A stretch of 61,310 nucleotides of DNA, the filler included, from Cystobasidiomycetes sp. EMM_F5 (lineage: Eukaryota): the NCBI GenBank assembly GCA_051047955.1. It is 3 parts of 3 records of this genome, joined end to end, with 100 filler letters (N's around TTAATTAATTAA, not from the genome) between each part and the next. Parts side by side here need not be neighbours in the genome. Positions count along the whole stretch, not along the records: positions 26,912 to 51,027 come from JBPGPT010000071.1; positions 51,128 to 61,310 come from JBPGPT010000076.1; 1 more part is not named here. The stretch is one strand, 5' to 3'. The position numbers and the translations under genes are program-made. The notes under the pieces were generated by a model. That model was given only the letters and a program-made list of their open reading frames with translations, had not been told where the DNA came from and did no database searches. This document shows positions 43,248 to 56,354 of the stretch, in pieces (the first letter of the stretch is position 1; each line of letters begins with the position of its first letter).

Positions 43248-43931
43248 GACGATGTGTGTATCACCTGGAGCAGTGTGACCTTGTCAAATACAGTCGATAG
43301 GATCAGCAGTCAGATGTAGCCAGTCTAGTCCAATTCCCGCTCCAGGAGTAACTACTGCCGCGCCGGTCCCTGCACGTCCCTGCTTTCATGCAGCGAGCAT
43401 GTTGGGCATCGAAACGCTGCATCGTCGGGGCTCACACTTGTGACGCACGCTCGCACATTCCGCAGCGCACAGCACGGTTGCCCAACGGCTTCATCGTCCG
43501 TTGACCGGGTCATGGAGGCATAGAGGTAGTAGCGGTAGGACGGGCCGCTTGACAAGCTGGCTTTTGTGAGTAAAGGACTGTCCCTTCACATAGTATCAGG
43601 CAGACATAGGGTCCTCTGAATCATGCATTGTATTGGTTATGAAATCGTTCATCAGCAATTGAGAAAGAAACCCATACTCCGTGACCGATACGACAGCGGC
43701 CGGAATACCGACTATATGCCACCATAGCGATACGACTTGAGCGAAATGCGTTTCACGAAACTTGCAGGGTTGGTGCAAGCGGGAAAGATTCAGTTGCTCA
43801 ATGTCTCAGACACGATGGAACAACAAGCAGCTACAGGGAGAGGTCGAAAGACAAGGCCATGCATCCACAACAGAGCAAAGAACAGGCGCCCGCAAGCACT
43901 TGTACCTGGTGAGCGAAGGAGCTAGGCGCAC

Positions 43932-44363
43932 TTAATAGTCGTACGAAAATCCGTGTTTATAAAAGCCATCCTTCACTCCACCACAATCGTAGGAATTGTC
44001 ATTGACGTCTGCGCAGCGAGTAAGCCAAGTTATCCATGCTGAAACTGTCAGAACTCCACGCACCGTCACAACAGATTCGCCACGTAGACCCTGCCGTGCC
44101 ACCATTGCAAGGCCATTCTTCCGCAGGCTGGCCGAATAGATTAACGTATGGATCGTATCCCAAAGGTACCTTGCATGAGAAGCTCCCGATCGCTTTGTCG
44201 TAGCAAACCTCTTCCCGAGCTTTGCTGAAATCGCCACCAAACTTAGCATAATGACATCGAGCCCTTCCGGCACCTAGACTTACAGTACTGGCCCACCGAT
44301 CACGAGATGAAGGAGTTTTGCGGCCATCAAGACCACGTTGTAACCAACGATGCTAGATTTCAT
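43932..44363 (-). CDS. Small secreted 6-Cys protein, paralogue 2 (105 aa)
   Basis: Exons 44363-44284, 44224-44064 and 44008-43932 encode MKSSIVGYNVVLMAAKLLHLVIGGPVLKAREEVCYDKAIGSFSCKVPLGYDPYVNLFGQPAEEWPCNGGTAGSTWRICCDDVNDNSYDCGGVKDGFYKHGFSYDY. Confidence 0.85.
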
Positions 44364-44917
44364 GACGGTAGGAAACCTCGAGTGTGAATGCACTGAAGTT
44401 TGTTACGTGAATGTACTGAAGTATGTTGGAGGGTGCAAGCAAGGTGTCGATTTGTCGAGAAAGCAGGATGGCCTTCGAGAGCGGAACCACGTTCGATTGT
44501 GTGCCAGTTGGTGCTGACATCTTGTGACCTGGGAGAATTCGAACATAGGTCATCACCGGATTCATTGCGTACCTTTCTTCACTCAAACAAACGTAGTGGG
44601 CCGGACTCGGTATCACGTTGATAGGGAGCTGGCTCAATTCCGCTCATGATGTACAAAGGCTTCAGGTCAGCTGCGAGACCCGCTCAATAGGCGTGTGTGT
44701 CTGCCCTCTTGGCGGTAAATTAAGCGGCATGGAGCGAACGTAGCATTGTTTCAACCGACTGATTGGGCAGAAGGAAAGTAATTTGATCAGACCATATTGC
44801 GGTGTTTACATTACGGAGCCTGCCAAATACAACATTGTCGCACAGAAGGGGGCGCAAAAGAGGAGGGAGGGAAACAAGTCCGCGAATAGAAATTCAGTAG
44901 ATGGCCGGCAGATGAAA

Positions 44918-45349
44918 TCAGTAATCGTAGGCGGCCAATCCAAAGGTCTTAGTTCCGTCTCTGAACCCTCCGCAATTGTAATCATCGCCAGCTGTGTCAT
45001 AAGAGATTTCATTCAGCTGTATATTTATATGCCTTGAAATAAAGTAGACGTACTGTCACAGCAGATCCGCCATGTAGATCCTGCTACGGCTCCGTTGCAT
45101 GGCCATGAATCGGCCGGTAACCCAAAAAGGTCCACGTATGGCTGGTAGCCAACTGCGATGGTGCAAGACGTTGAGCCTGCCGCCTTGTCGAAGCATACGC
45201 TGGCTGATTCACTGTGTACGCAAATGTCAGCCTGCGCACTTACCGTCATGTTTCGCAGCAGCGACTAACGCAACGGGTGCAGCAGCGACCATGTGCCCAA
45301 ATGCGAGCGCAATGACTGGTGCGGCAAAAGTTGTAGTGAAGAACTTCAT
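44918..45349 (-). CDS. Small secreted 6-Cys protein, paralogue 1 (103 aa)
   Basis: Exons 45349-45270, 45211-45054 and 44991-44918 encode MKFFTTTFAAPVIALAFGHMVAAAPVAESASVCFDKAAGSTSCTIAVGYQPYVDLFGLPADSWPCNGAVAGSTWRICCDTGDDYNCGGFRDGTKTFGLAAYDY. Confidence 0.87.
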
Positions 45350-46037
45350 TCTGGGTGTCGTGTTGTTTAGAGATGGGTTACGAGCAGTGTGTCTCGATGG
45401 GGATGAGGCTGTTGGAATGGATAGCTGCACAACAGGGAGCCAGACGCAGGCGCTTTCAGCACTATAAGTAATGGACGAGCAGTCTGCTGATCAACCCTCG
45501 TGCAGCCTGCACTGCCGAAAGTCGTAGTCGAGCCGGCTTCAGCGTGGGTTTCAGAGGCGGTACTAGGGGTGTTGCGAATCTTGCGAACCACGCCAGGCTC
45601 ACTTCCGGGACGGAAGTGCACTATTTGAAGTGGTTCCGTGAGCGTTGATAGTCAGCTGATAGCGCATTGGGGTTTCGAGCCATCACGCGATGGTCGCATC
45701 TGTCATCCCTGACACCACGGTCGGGAATGCTGCGGGGAGGCTTCGCATATGTAGTTTGAATGACACATGCAGTCAGACGCTCGTGCTATCGGGGTAGCTG
45801 CCAAGTTGCGCATCACTGGCGTCCAGAAACCCCTCTCTACGCGTCGCACAGAACTGCAGAACAATTGCAGCGTCTCGATTAGTGCGGTTAGGGTGTATCT
45901 ATACCAATGCAGACATGAAAGTGAACGCGGTGTTCGTAGGAGAGTGTACGTAGAAGTCAGTCGCTCTATCGCCGTGCTGAACCGCGCGAAAGGACAATGT
46001 TGCGAGCTCTCCGACTCCAGTATCGATACTCTGCACC

Positions 46038-46504
46038 ATGGCGCGCGGCTTGCAGAAGGTCCAGTCGCAACAGAAGGCTAAGGAACGTGAGGCTGCCAAA
46101 GCTGGCGGAAAGAGTATACTTAAGGTGGGCGACCGCACCTAACGGAACCGTAGACTGGGAGCTGATATGGTTGCGCAGACTGGCAAAGGCCTCAAGGTGG
46201 GTAGCGTGGTCATAGACCAGCTCGTTCATGAACCCATATCGTCCATTTACTGATTCCAGGTTTGGTTGGCCATAGTACAAATGCCCCAAGGTCAACATGT
46301 GAACGTCCCAGGTTTATACAAAGTTGCTGATGCGTCATTGCGCAAACAGTGCTTGCAAGAGATTGACAGCGTCGCTTCGCTCAAGCAGCATTGGGAGAAC
46401 AAGCATCCCAAAGATGTAAGTATACCTTGTTTGGCACTGACTCTGCTAAAATATAGACACAGCCCGACCCCAACTACGAAAGCTGCAAGATCCCCGAAAA
46501 GTAG
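46038..46504 (+). CDS. Small C2H2 zinc-finger protein (ZNF706/At2g23090-like)
   Basis: Five tiny exons: MARGLQKVQSQQKAKEREAAK...GLK|YKCPK|CLQEIDSVASLKQHWENKHPKD|PDPNYESCKIPEK. Confidence 0.8.
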
Positions 46505-46611
46505 CTGCGCACCATGTTCGTGCTCTCTGGGGTCGTCATCAAGTCGTTTAGTCCTGCTGTTGTTGCCATCCAGAGCATATCCCCGTAAAACATGCATCAA
46601 TTCTATTCATT

Positions 46612-47632
46612 CTAAACATACTGCAAGACCTCTACTTCATGCTTGCTCATTATCACTGAATACGGCTGATCGTCTAGAGACTCGTCCTTCCTGACCTCAT
46701 TCAGCGTATCCTCTAGCTTTGCACGGAAATATGACTTGAGGTACGGTCTTTCTGTGCCAGTATGTGTACCTGCGAGTAGCAGTCAGTGACAGCCTTTTAC
46801 GCCAATAAGACAAGGAACATACACAGCACAACGTGCGTGCCGGACGCCACGGTGGCCAGTATATCGTGATGCTGCATCTCGCCAGTCCACCACAAGTCGG
46901 CTTTCGACCCTTTCAGGAAGGATCCACCTGAGCCCGCACAGACACCGATTGTCTGAACATACTCTATTCCAGATCTAGACTCTGCTACCATCAGTGTCTA
47001 CGCAATATGATGTCAGTCAACGTAGCATGCACAATGCAAGCCGACTCATCTGTTGACATTCCAAGGTGCGCCTTGATCCGCTTGACGATATCTCCTAGAG
47101 CAGCCGCTTCTTGCAGCTGCCATACACGCGGTCGGTCCGAGTGACTTTGCCATTGCCCATCACCTAATCCATGGGCAAGCCAGTCTTGAATGCCTCCGGT
47201 CGCCGCGTCTAGCGAAGTGTGGGGCGAATAGACCGATATTCCACGAGCAGCACATCTGATACCGAGCGTTATTATGGCCGGGATCTGTCACAAATTTGCG
47301 ATACTTACTGCAGCAGACAAGATTGTAATGGATTGTCGTGTGTCAATGCTTTCAAGCCTGAGAATATCGGAGGGTGGTATACGACGATGCTCCCGACGTC
47401 CTCGTTTGCATCTTCTACGATTTGCTTTGTAAGATCTGTCGCTAGAAGTACCGTCCTTCTAGGTTTAGCATTTGGCAGTAAGAATGGCTCGACCAGCAAG
47501 CCGACTAGGTGAAGCATATTCAGTCATCAGATCATCCCGAAACCATTGGCTCTCACCATTGTCCCAGTTCTCTGCAAGGTTGAGCGGCGCTATCTTCTGA
47601 AAGGCTAGCTTTACGGCTTTCGTCAGTGACAT
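46612..47632 (-). CDS. NIF3: NIF3 / YbgI-family (GTP cyclohydrolase 1 type 2-like) protein
   Basis: APLNLAENWDN|VGLLVE, IVVYHPPIF, YSPHTSLDA, GVCAGSGGS, TGEMQHH, HTGTERPYL. Confidence 0.92.
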
Positions 47633-47851
47633 GATGCGCTCGAAGTATGCGTCAGGTGGCGGATTTCGATGATGGGATGGATGCAGAATGTGAATAGGCG
47701 GGAGGAGACTGGACGTGCAGCTGTGAACAAGATCCTGAAGAGTAGAACGAGATCAGAAAGATAATCACCTCTGAGCTCCAATGACGGTATCGATCAAGGT
47801 TGCGAGAATGCTGCTCTTGACAATGCCTCAATAGCCAGCTGGGCACAAGCT

Positions 47852-48829
47852 ATGGTCGGTCACCCACGACGCTGTCCGGCGCGTACCAGCCCTCACACGA
47901 TTCCTCCCACAGACTATGTTCCGGGCAGATAATCGCTTAGGGCGGGAGATTCGACCGATACAATTTACGTTAAACACGACGCCTGCCGCTGATGGCTCAG
48001 CTACGTGCGAGATGGGACTGACCACCGTCCAAGTCGCAATCTACGGGCCAAGACAGTCGACGAGCAATTCCAGAACCGACGCAGCGGATGTGGAAGTCGA
48101 AGTCAGCGTAGCAGGCTTCGTACAAGGCGAGCGGCGAAAGAGGTCGAAAGGCGATAGGTGACTGCACTCGGACAACTCTCCACAGCATCTTTACTCATTC
48201 TTTCCCGTTACTTCGTAGACGGACAGTGGAATTGGCTGCAGCCATTAAAAATACTTTCGAACCTGTCATCATGACACACCTATATCCTCGTTCCGTCGTC
48301 AATATCTACGTTCAGATTCTGGCTCAAGACGGTGGTGCGTGGCGAGAGGCCCCCAAAGCAGATATAGAAGCTAATTATTGATGTGAATCTAGGAATGCTT
48401 TCAGCTGCAATCAACGCAACGACGCTGTCTCTTATACACGCTGGCATATCTATAACATGCCCTCTAGCATCTCTGTCGGTATCTGCCTTGCATGATGCAC
48501 CCTTACTAGACCCGTCTGGTACGGAAGAGAGCGACTTGCCGACTGTGACGGTAGCGTGCTTGGCTCCAGCGCATGGTACCAATGCCGCCGAGGAGATGGA
48601 TCCGTACGAAGGAAGAGTGACACTCGTCAATATGGAAACTCGACTTAGTATAGATCGCTTCGAAGGAATGCTGAAGCTGGCAGTACAAGGGTGCCGCGTG
48701 TTGAGCACAGAGATGGATAGCGTTATCAGGGAGTGGACAGCGAGTACGGCCAGGAAGCTTCGGCAGGGTCAAGGAGCGTCGGTAAAGTCTTCTGCAGCCA
48801 TGGACGCTATGGACATGGACATGGCGTAG
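47852..48829 (+). CDS. RRP41: Exosome RNase PH subunit Rrp41/Ski6
   Basis: RADNRLGREIR, ADGSATCEMG, ERRKRSKGDR, LYPRS..NIYVQILAQDGG, AINATTLSLIHAGI. Start may instead be at 47916. Confidence 0.88.
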
Positions 48830-49028
48830 TCGAAATTGCACGAACCCATTGACGCATATTTCGCTCGTTCCGCTCGTTCCGCTCGAATGGCCTCGGTAGT
48901 CCACGCAGTAATGTCGTTGTACAAATAGATCAGAGTCGCATCAGACCGGTGATGTGTAACGTGTTTGAATTGCGTGCAACCATGTGTGACAGTTTTGCCA
49001 GCTGCAGAGCTTCGTCCTCCCACTACCA

Positions 49029-50510
49029 ATGACCTTTGGCGACTATGGTCTGCTGCGCCAACAATATGAGCAGTTCTCGAGCTGGTATCTTCATCATCTC
49101 ACGTATCGCGTTGTAGCGGGTCCCCGTTCCTTCCTCTGTGCCATACCCGTCATCATCGTACCTCTGGCTCTTTTGACACCATCTGAAACACTGCCGCTGT
49201 GGACACTCCGATGGCTTATCTTTCCCCTCGTAGCGGGTATCCAGGTCAATACGAACATAGCCACAAAACCACTGTATTGAATCGGCTAATGTTGTCGAAA
49301 AACACAGGTTCACGCCTGGTGGACCTATGACTGTTTCGATGTCATTAGTTCCGACTTCTTACTAGCAGCGTACATGTTCTTGGGATGGTTTGACGTGCGG
49401 AGAGATTTCAAGCGGATACTGAGGACCTTCCGGAATGGCGAATTGAGCGGAGAGGAAGAAAAGCCCAAGGTGGAGGCATACCCTGACTCCCGCATTCAAC
49501 GTTTAATGTGGGTTGCATCGGCGTACACTTCTATCCAACTAAACGGCTGGCTAGTCGGCAATAAATCGCACGATGCGAAGCAGCTGGAGAATACTCGAAA
49601 CATAGTCACCTTCAAAGCCCTGTTCCGCCATGTAGCCTTCAAGTGCGCATTGTACTATTGCATGCTCGAGGCAATATACCACTTTGGCCTCGTCACGTCT
49701 AATCCAAACTTTGTGAAGACAGCCAATGCCTCATTTCACGAACCGTCGGTCCTCGGAAACGCCTTATCTTTGGGCAGCCTATTGGCGTACCTATATGCAG
49801 CACTCGCGCTGTATACGTACTATGTACCGATGATGCTCGCCTTGATTGCATCTTACTTAGTGCCATCACTTCGCTCGCACCAGACGCTCTCACCCTTGAT
49901 CATTGCGCCTTATGAAGGTCCGTTCACCGCAATATGGAGGCCTACATCCAGGCGTCGCACATGGGGCCTTCGCGCATTTTGGGGGTCAGTATGGCATCAA
50001 AACATGCGCTACATCACGGCTGTCCCAGGACTAGCTGTTTCGTCGGCTCTAAGCTTGCGAAAGGGAGGATTCGCGCATTATGCGGTAGTTGCTTGTTCTG
50101 CATTCTTTTTCAGCGGCATCATTCACATGGGTATGATACCGCCGTTTCCCCTCTATACAAATGTTCCCGCCATGCAACTCAGACTTTTGCTGGCGACGTT
50201 CTTCTGGCTACAACCGATAGGCGTCCTTCTAGAGACAGTCGTGGATGGCTTCTTTCGGAAAATGGTACCGGCGGAAAATAACTCTCACGATAGTAGCAGG
50301 GCAGTAAGTAAGAACATCGACAACCAGGCTCCGCATCTCGTCGTGCAGCTTCTCATTGTAGTATGGACTTGCGCATTCATGTCATACGTGACCTGGACGA
50401 CAGGCCGGATTGTGGGGAGGGAGATGGGATGGTGGAATCTACACGCCTCCCCAGTCTCAATAGTATCAATGCTCAGAGGCGAAGCGGACTGGTGCAGGAA
50501 ATGGCTATGA
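49029..50510 (+). CDS. Membrane-bound O-acyltransferase (MBOAT_2 / wax-synthase-like)
   Basis: Multi-TM protein with GLRAFWGSVWHQNMR, AFFFSGIIH and FFWLQPIGVLLE motifs. Confidence 0.82.
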
Positions 50511-50617
50511 ATGATGACAGGTATTGACACCACAATAAGACAACAAGAGGATCGCAACAATGACAAGGCTAGGGCGCTGCTTATCGGGCCATCCTACCGA
50601 TACACTTCGTTCTCCAT

Positions 50618-51027
50618 CTCCTCAGAGCTATGCTCCCACACTGCTGCCGGCATCATGCGAGGCTGGCTGTCTTTGTGTGCGTATATCACTCTGGCTGCTT
50701 CACGTCCGTTCAAATGCGCTCAAGCCACAGTACTACGTATCGCAGTCAGCAAGCCCTGAATTGAAGGTACTTAGTTGTCTACTGCCTGTATTGGCGTTTA
50801 GCAAGCCGTCCCTCGTGATTCGTGCGAAGACGACCCGGCCACAACAACTGAGCGGCAAACAAGCAGACGCACGAGAACATGCTATCTTCCTGTTTAGGTA
50901 GCCGACACCACTTCCAGAAACGCCATGGAACAATGACTGTCACTATCTGCGCTCTCTATATAGAGACGGCTAGGCATGTCACAACGGCTCAGTAAGCTGC
51001 CAATCCGACCAACTGTTGGACCTTCAG
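50618..51027 (-). repeat. Inverted repeat Y, copy 2 (right end of contig 2), promoter-like
   Basis: Reverse complement of 26912-27322. Contains TATATA (50957-50962) and AACAATG (50929-50935) within about 100 bp of the gap. Confidence 0.95.
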
Positions 51028-51127
51028 NNNNNNNNNNNNNNNNNNNNNNNNNNNNNNNNNNNNNNNNNNNNTTAATTAATTAANNNNNNNNNNNNNNNNN
51101 NNNNNNNNNNNNNNNNNNNNNNNNNNN
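51028..51127. other. Assembly gap / artificial contig linker
   Basis: Same N-TTAATTAATTAA-N linker as at 26812. Confidence 0.98.
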
Positions 51128-52652
51128 CGAGAACGGGGAGCCGGTGTATGAGTATTCAGAGCAAGAGCGGGCAGACTTTGCAAATGACCCGGACCGTCTT
51201 ACGGAATACCGTCGCATGCTCGAGAAGGACGTTTCGCATCGATGTGAGCCTCTCGCAATACGCCCAAGCACAGCCCATGCTGACGACAGTCGATGCAGTC
51301 CGTCTGTATATGAAGGATCACCCGTCTCAGGCGGCACTGGTCCCTGTTCTGACGGACTACATGAGGAAGCGCTTGGCGAGGAAGCCAGAGCTGGCAGAAC
51401 ATTTGATTCCAAAATGGGTCAGTCGTTTACATACAGGGGGAATACCTCCAATGCTCATTTTCTCAACTACAGCCTGTAGGATGTCGTCGCCTAACTCCAG
51501 GCATTGGCTTCCTTGAGGCTTTGTGCGAAGATAATGTCGACCCCATTTTTTCCGATATCGCCGAGATTACTGCAGATGGAGTGACTACCAAAGATGGGCA
51601 ACATATCACATACGACGTCATCATCTGCGCGACGGTGAGTACTCTTCGTATCAATCTCACCTGGTTGGCAATTCTGACGATCGTGTTCATCTGCAGGGTT
51701 TCGACGTCAGTTACGGTGCGAGGTTCCCGTTCGAGGGCCGTAATGGCGCCAAGCTCGATGAAGAGTACAGCAGAAACCCTACGAGCTACATGGCTATCGC
51801 AACACCGGGATTTCCAGTAAGCCTTGCGAAGTAGAGGACTTTCATATATCGGCTCTGATAAGTCAGCGTCGCAGAACTACTTCACGTTCAATGGTCCGAA
51901 CGCACCTGTCGGAGCTGGTTCGCTCGTGCCTGCTACCGAAGCTCAAGGCGACTACTTTGTCAAGGTAGGCAGAGATGTGGGAAGCGAGTCCGGGACATGC
52001 TAATTGTGCAAGCAGGCCATCAACAAGATACAGAGGCAAGGTATCAAGAGTATGGAAATACGCAAAGATGTCGCTGCCCAATTCATACAGCATACCGATA
52101 CATTCATGCCCCGCACTGTGTGGTCGACGGGATGCAGGGTAAGTGCTGGTGTTTGCATTTCAACATAAGGTGAATTGACATGGAGCTATGCTTCGCAACT
52201 AAATAGAGCTGGTACAAGAATGGCAAAGTGAACGGCAGGGTCACTGCTCTTTGGGTATGCAGAACTTCAAGGTGACTCAACGGCCGACTGATGTGCGATA
52301 ACAGCCTGGTTCCGGTTTGCACTTCATTGGTGCCTTAGAGGATCCTCGCTGGGAAGATTGTAAGGCTCGATGGTGTTGGCAGCAGTGAAGGGTGCTGACA
52401 CCCTCTTCAGACAACTTCGAACACGATGATTCAGCAAATTGCTTCGCCTACCTTGGCGACGGGTTTACACAACTCGAGTGGGATGGAGGAGACCGCACTG
52501 CAGATCTCGAGGAACGCACAGTAAGATTTCGCAATCATCCGGCTCTACAAACAACAGGATCGAGAAAGCCTAAGAAATCATTCAAAGGCGAGGACGCTGT
52601 CCAAGGGGTGCTAGGCGGCTCTTCAGCACCGAGAGTGGATCTTGCGCAATGA
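51128..52652 (+). CDS. FAD-dependent monooxygenase (StcW/MoxY-like BVMO family), 5' part lost in the gap
   Basis: GCRRLTPGIGFLEAL, DVIICATGFD, GPNAPVGAGSL, SWYKNG...ALWPGS.LHF...PRWED. Confidence 0.85.
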
Positions 52653-55040
52653 AATCAAACCTCATATACATGTTCAGAGTATTCCTGGAAGTACGCCTCA
52701 ATTAGTCATCGAATATTAATGCCGCTAGATTGCGTTGGATCTTGACCGCATAGAAAGTTAGTTTTGGGTACCAGTAATTCAGTCGTGTCTTGTTTTCATA
52801 CGCTGACGTTTGCGGGGTCCAGGGTTACAATCGTATTGACATCGGAATCAGGATAGTCAACTGCAATTCGTGCCCTTGCAGCATCCCTTCCCTTTCTGTA
52901 TCAGATCCAGTTTGTAAGGCAGCGTTGCATTTGAGTGTACGCCAAGGCTGTGAAAGCTGTGGGTGTCCTCAGCTCGAGCCCTTTTCTCGTGTCAGTATGA
53001 TTGAATGGGTCAATAAATCGCTGAGTCCAGCGGAGGCACACGATACGAACAAAGCCCATATGCTGTACGGCCCAGCCGTTTGTCTTTGCAAATATGCAAT
53101 CGAGAGCATCGTTTACACGATTACCGACACGAAGACGGCTAGCCAGATGCACAATGACTTTTTCGTGGCCGTGGTGTATAAATGTCAGAAAACTTGCACT
53201 ATATATCCACACTTTCCGTGTCGTGTGGTGTATCGTGTGTAACGGGTTTCGAAGCATTGGTGAGGATACGTATATGTGAGCCGAGAAGTCTGTGATCGTT
53301 TTAGGCGATATGGGCACAGTCAGCATCGTGTCAGAGATTGAGGACAGATTGAGGACAAGTCATTGTTCATCATTCTCCTGTCAAATAGCAAAGGTGTCAT
53401 GCAGATCTGCCCTAATACGCGGACTCCGACAACTCGACAGATGGGCAATGCACGATGCCAGATGTCAGGACGCGAGTGACAAATCCAGACATAAACGTGT
53501 GCCGACCCTGGAATACACGACGTAGGTGTGATGTGCAGAGTGTGTAGGGAGCACTGCAATCAGCTAAGAGCTCAAATGTCGGGACAGAGACCGCAAAAAA
53601 ACATCAGTTTGCTGTTACTCTGGCCATTTTGAGCGGAGCGTCGCCAATCAAAGCAATTGCGAGCAAATTCCATAAGCCAGTTGGCGGCTTTTGCGTCGAA
53701 CCTTGCCACTGCGACTACAGCCGGGAGTCCGTACTGCGTCTGGACGCTGTATTGCGATTGATAACAGCCTACGCTAGAGTTGTCAGCGTCGCTAAATCAC
53801 ACGCACCATGCTATCCGTCCATGGCTTTGTCGCCGTCGCGGTCTGCCGAACGGATCGCTCTTGTTTCAGTACGTCTTTCCTTTCTACCCGGCCCAGAGTA
53901 AAGTAAACGACCATGATGCAGCAAGATCGCGGAGCATATTGTTACAGCTGAATAATCTCTGGCAGCAGCTCTAAGCAGGATGTCGCATTGGTGCAGAACG
54001 AACCTGGCCTGTTGGACTTCTAGCATAACTTGGTGTCCGGACTCGCAACGCCTCGCTACTTTGGGAGGGCTGACAGGGCTAACAGGACGTCATTGCACAT
54101 ACAGTATGGTAATCAGCTGATTTGTAAGGGCAGCAATGACTGTCCGTTTAGGTGAATCGCGTTCTTGAGATAAATTGCCAGCTAAGCAACACCAACAGCA
54201 GAAGAGGTCCCTCACTCTCACAAAGATGTGAACACTACATGGAGGTCTTGGCTCGTACCATCGACGAAGCCGGCGGAACTCTATCATCCCATGCGATTGC
54301 GCTCAGTACCTTGCAATTGCGACCACGCTCATTCCGCATCATTGTGGTTTGAAGGCTGCTGTCTTACCACCTGTCGTCGCCACATCCCGCATGATGGCTT
54401 TCACCGCCTCTGTTTCTTTCTGTTCGCTACACTGCATCTGGGTCGCTTTGCAATGCAGCCAGCGTAGCCCGCTCAGCTGTAAATAGAAAGGCATTGCATT
54501 CGTACTCACCCATGACATCTGTCACCCGCCCCTCTTTATTCCTCCCATTCGTGCAAGGGGCGACAGCCTCTGCGGTTCTGTAGCGTTGGCGTATCCGGTC
54601 TATCGCACCTCAACTCCGCTTACTCGCCATAGAACGTGTGTCGCGATTCTCCAGGCATGAACATCTCCGTCTAATCCCGCTGGCGTGAAAACCTGAAGTG
54701 TTGTCGTATTCAGTCGCAGGGCTTCACTGGGCTCATACACGTTATAAAAACCACGACTATGCTTCAAACAACGTCAAGGCTTGCTCCACTGCCGACTTTT
54801 TTTTCGCAGGTCTGCTGGTTTTGCACTCTCGCCAAAGGCGCCGACCAGCGGTCTCAGCTTTACGAGTTTACTCCGCTTATGCCGCAGACGACCCTGAGTC
54901 ATTCCAATGCCGCTCGGTCTTTCACATGAAGTATTCGAGCAAGGAAGTTGATGAATGCGCTGACTGTATCATGCACCGAGCTTGTTGCGCCGAGTATGAA
55001 TCAGACTCTGCCCCTTTCCTGATGTACAACGGTGACATGA

Positions 55041-56108
55041 TTAACACAGAGCGTGTCGGATCCAATGAAATTCGAGCTCCCTTAGAAAATCCCACCGTAG
55101 TTTCTGCCCTAGACCATCGGCCATCCAATTGTTTAAAGTATGTGGAAAATGCTTGACACCGTCTCGAATTGACGCATCATGGGCGATGATTACGAAGACG
55201 TTGTTAAGGCAGTCGAGTTCCTGTAATGCATTTCTCGTCGTCGTAGCCAGCGGTATATCTAAACCGTAAGTCATATCGTACAGCGAGTCCGTAGCCGAGC
55301 GACCCCTGCTATGTTGCAATTCCTCCCAAGCAGCACCTGGGCACAGAGATGGCAACTCTGAAGAAACGCAGGGATGCGGAGTTATAGATAACGGGATGGG
55401 CACCTGAACAGATGGCCGGAATATGCCTGCGTAGTGACACACGTCACCACCCAGCAGAATGAAAGAGTCTGGCGAGCTTGATGTACGCGCAAGCCCGCAC
55501 ATATGACCGATAGCATGACCTGGGCTATCTAAAATGTAGAAGGATCCATCACCGAAAAAGTCGAAAGCGGGGAACTTTCCGATAGTCGAGACGAGGGGTC
55601 CGTCGAAGCTGATCTCTCGCAGGCGACGACCTTCGTAGTCGCTCTCTTGAATAGGAGAGTCTGGATTGGCAGGAGCTCCTGGCAACATACCCTCTTTGAA
55701 GCCTCTTCCAACGATAAGATCTGTCGATTTGGGAAACGAGTCGGGGTTGCCGATGTGATCCCAATGCCAATGACTCCAGAAGACTCCTTCAATCTCGCTT
55801 GCTGCTATTCCGCCATCTTGTAAAATTTCAACTACGTCTTTCTCGACCTGAATATCGTATTTGGTTGTGGGGATGTAGCGGACGATGCTGGGGGCGTAGT
55901 TGGTGTAGTCTTTGCGAATGCCCAAATCCCATACAAACTTCCTTCCCGATGGATGCTCCAGAAGGAAACTCAACGAAGGAGCTGACTTGAAGGTCTCTAG
56001 CCCTGGAACCGCTGGAGCCATAAAGCGCGACAGAACACTGGGTCCAAAGTTGACTGGGTTGATGAGCTTCACAGATAAGACTGTCTCACCAGGCGGTAAG
56101 CTGACCAT
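55041..56108 (-). CDS. Metallo-beta-lactamase-fold hydrolase (lactonase/lactamase-like), intronless
   Basis: WDLGIRKD, SHWHWDHIG (HxHxDH), DFFGDGSFYILDSPGHAIGH, LLGGDVCH, IIAHD. Confidence 0.92.
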   Translation of the reverse strand: MVSLPPGETVLSVKLINPVNFGPSVLSRFMAPAVPGLETFKSAPSLSFLLEHPSGRKFVWDLGIRKDYTNYAPSIVRYIPTTKYDIQVEKDVVEILQDGGIAASEIEGVFWSHWHWDHIGNPDSFPKSTDLIVGRGFKEGMLPGAPANPDSPIQESDYEGRRLREISFDGPLVSTIGKFPAFDFFGDGSFYILDSPGHAIGHMCGLARTSSSPDSFILLGGDVCHYAGIFRPSVQVPIPLSITPHPCVSSELPSLCPGAAWEELQHSRGRSATDSLYDMTYGLDIPLATTTRNALQELDCLNNVFVIIAHDASIRDGVKHFPHTLNNWMADGLGQKLRWDFLRELEFHWIRHALC

Positions 56109-56354
56109 GATGGTTGTTGTATGGGAGTCGGATCTGGGAACGGTGGGAGACCTGCACATGACTGTGTTTGACGCGTTTCGGCTATACATGACGGCACAAA
56201 ATCACGCCTCGAACTGTACCGAGAATGCAAATGAATAATGAAGGCGACCAAGTCAAGGCTTCACGTAGCACCGCAACATGCAGTACCTTGGCGCAAAATC
56301 TCGGAAGAACAACATAAATGGATTGACGCGTCTCGGCCGCAATACAGAATGTCA

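Noticed and set aside
48863..48885. Short tandem repeats (GCTCGTTCC here; GATCT at about 31603-31620; GTA at about 18791-18804; GCTCGAACAC at about 6708-6728)
   Set aside because: Ordinary micro/minisatellites in UTR or intergenic DNA; no CRISPR-like spacer structure.
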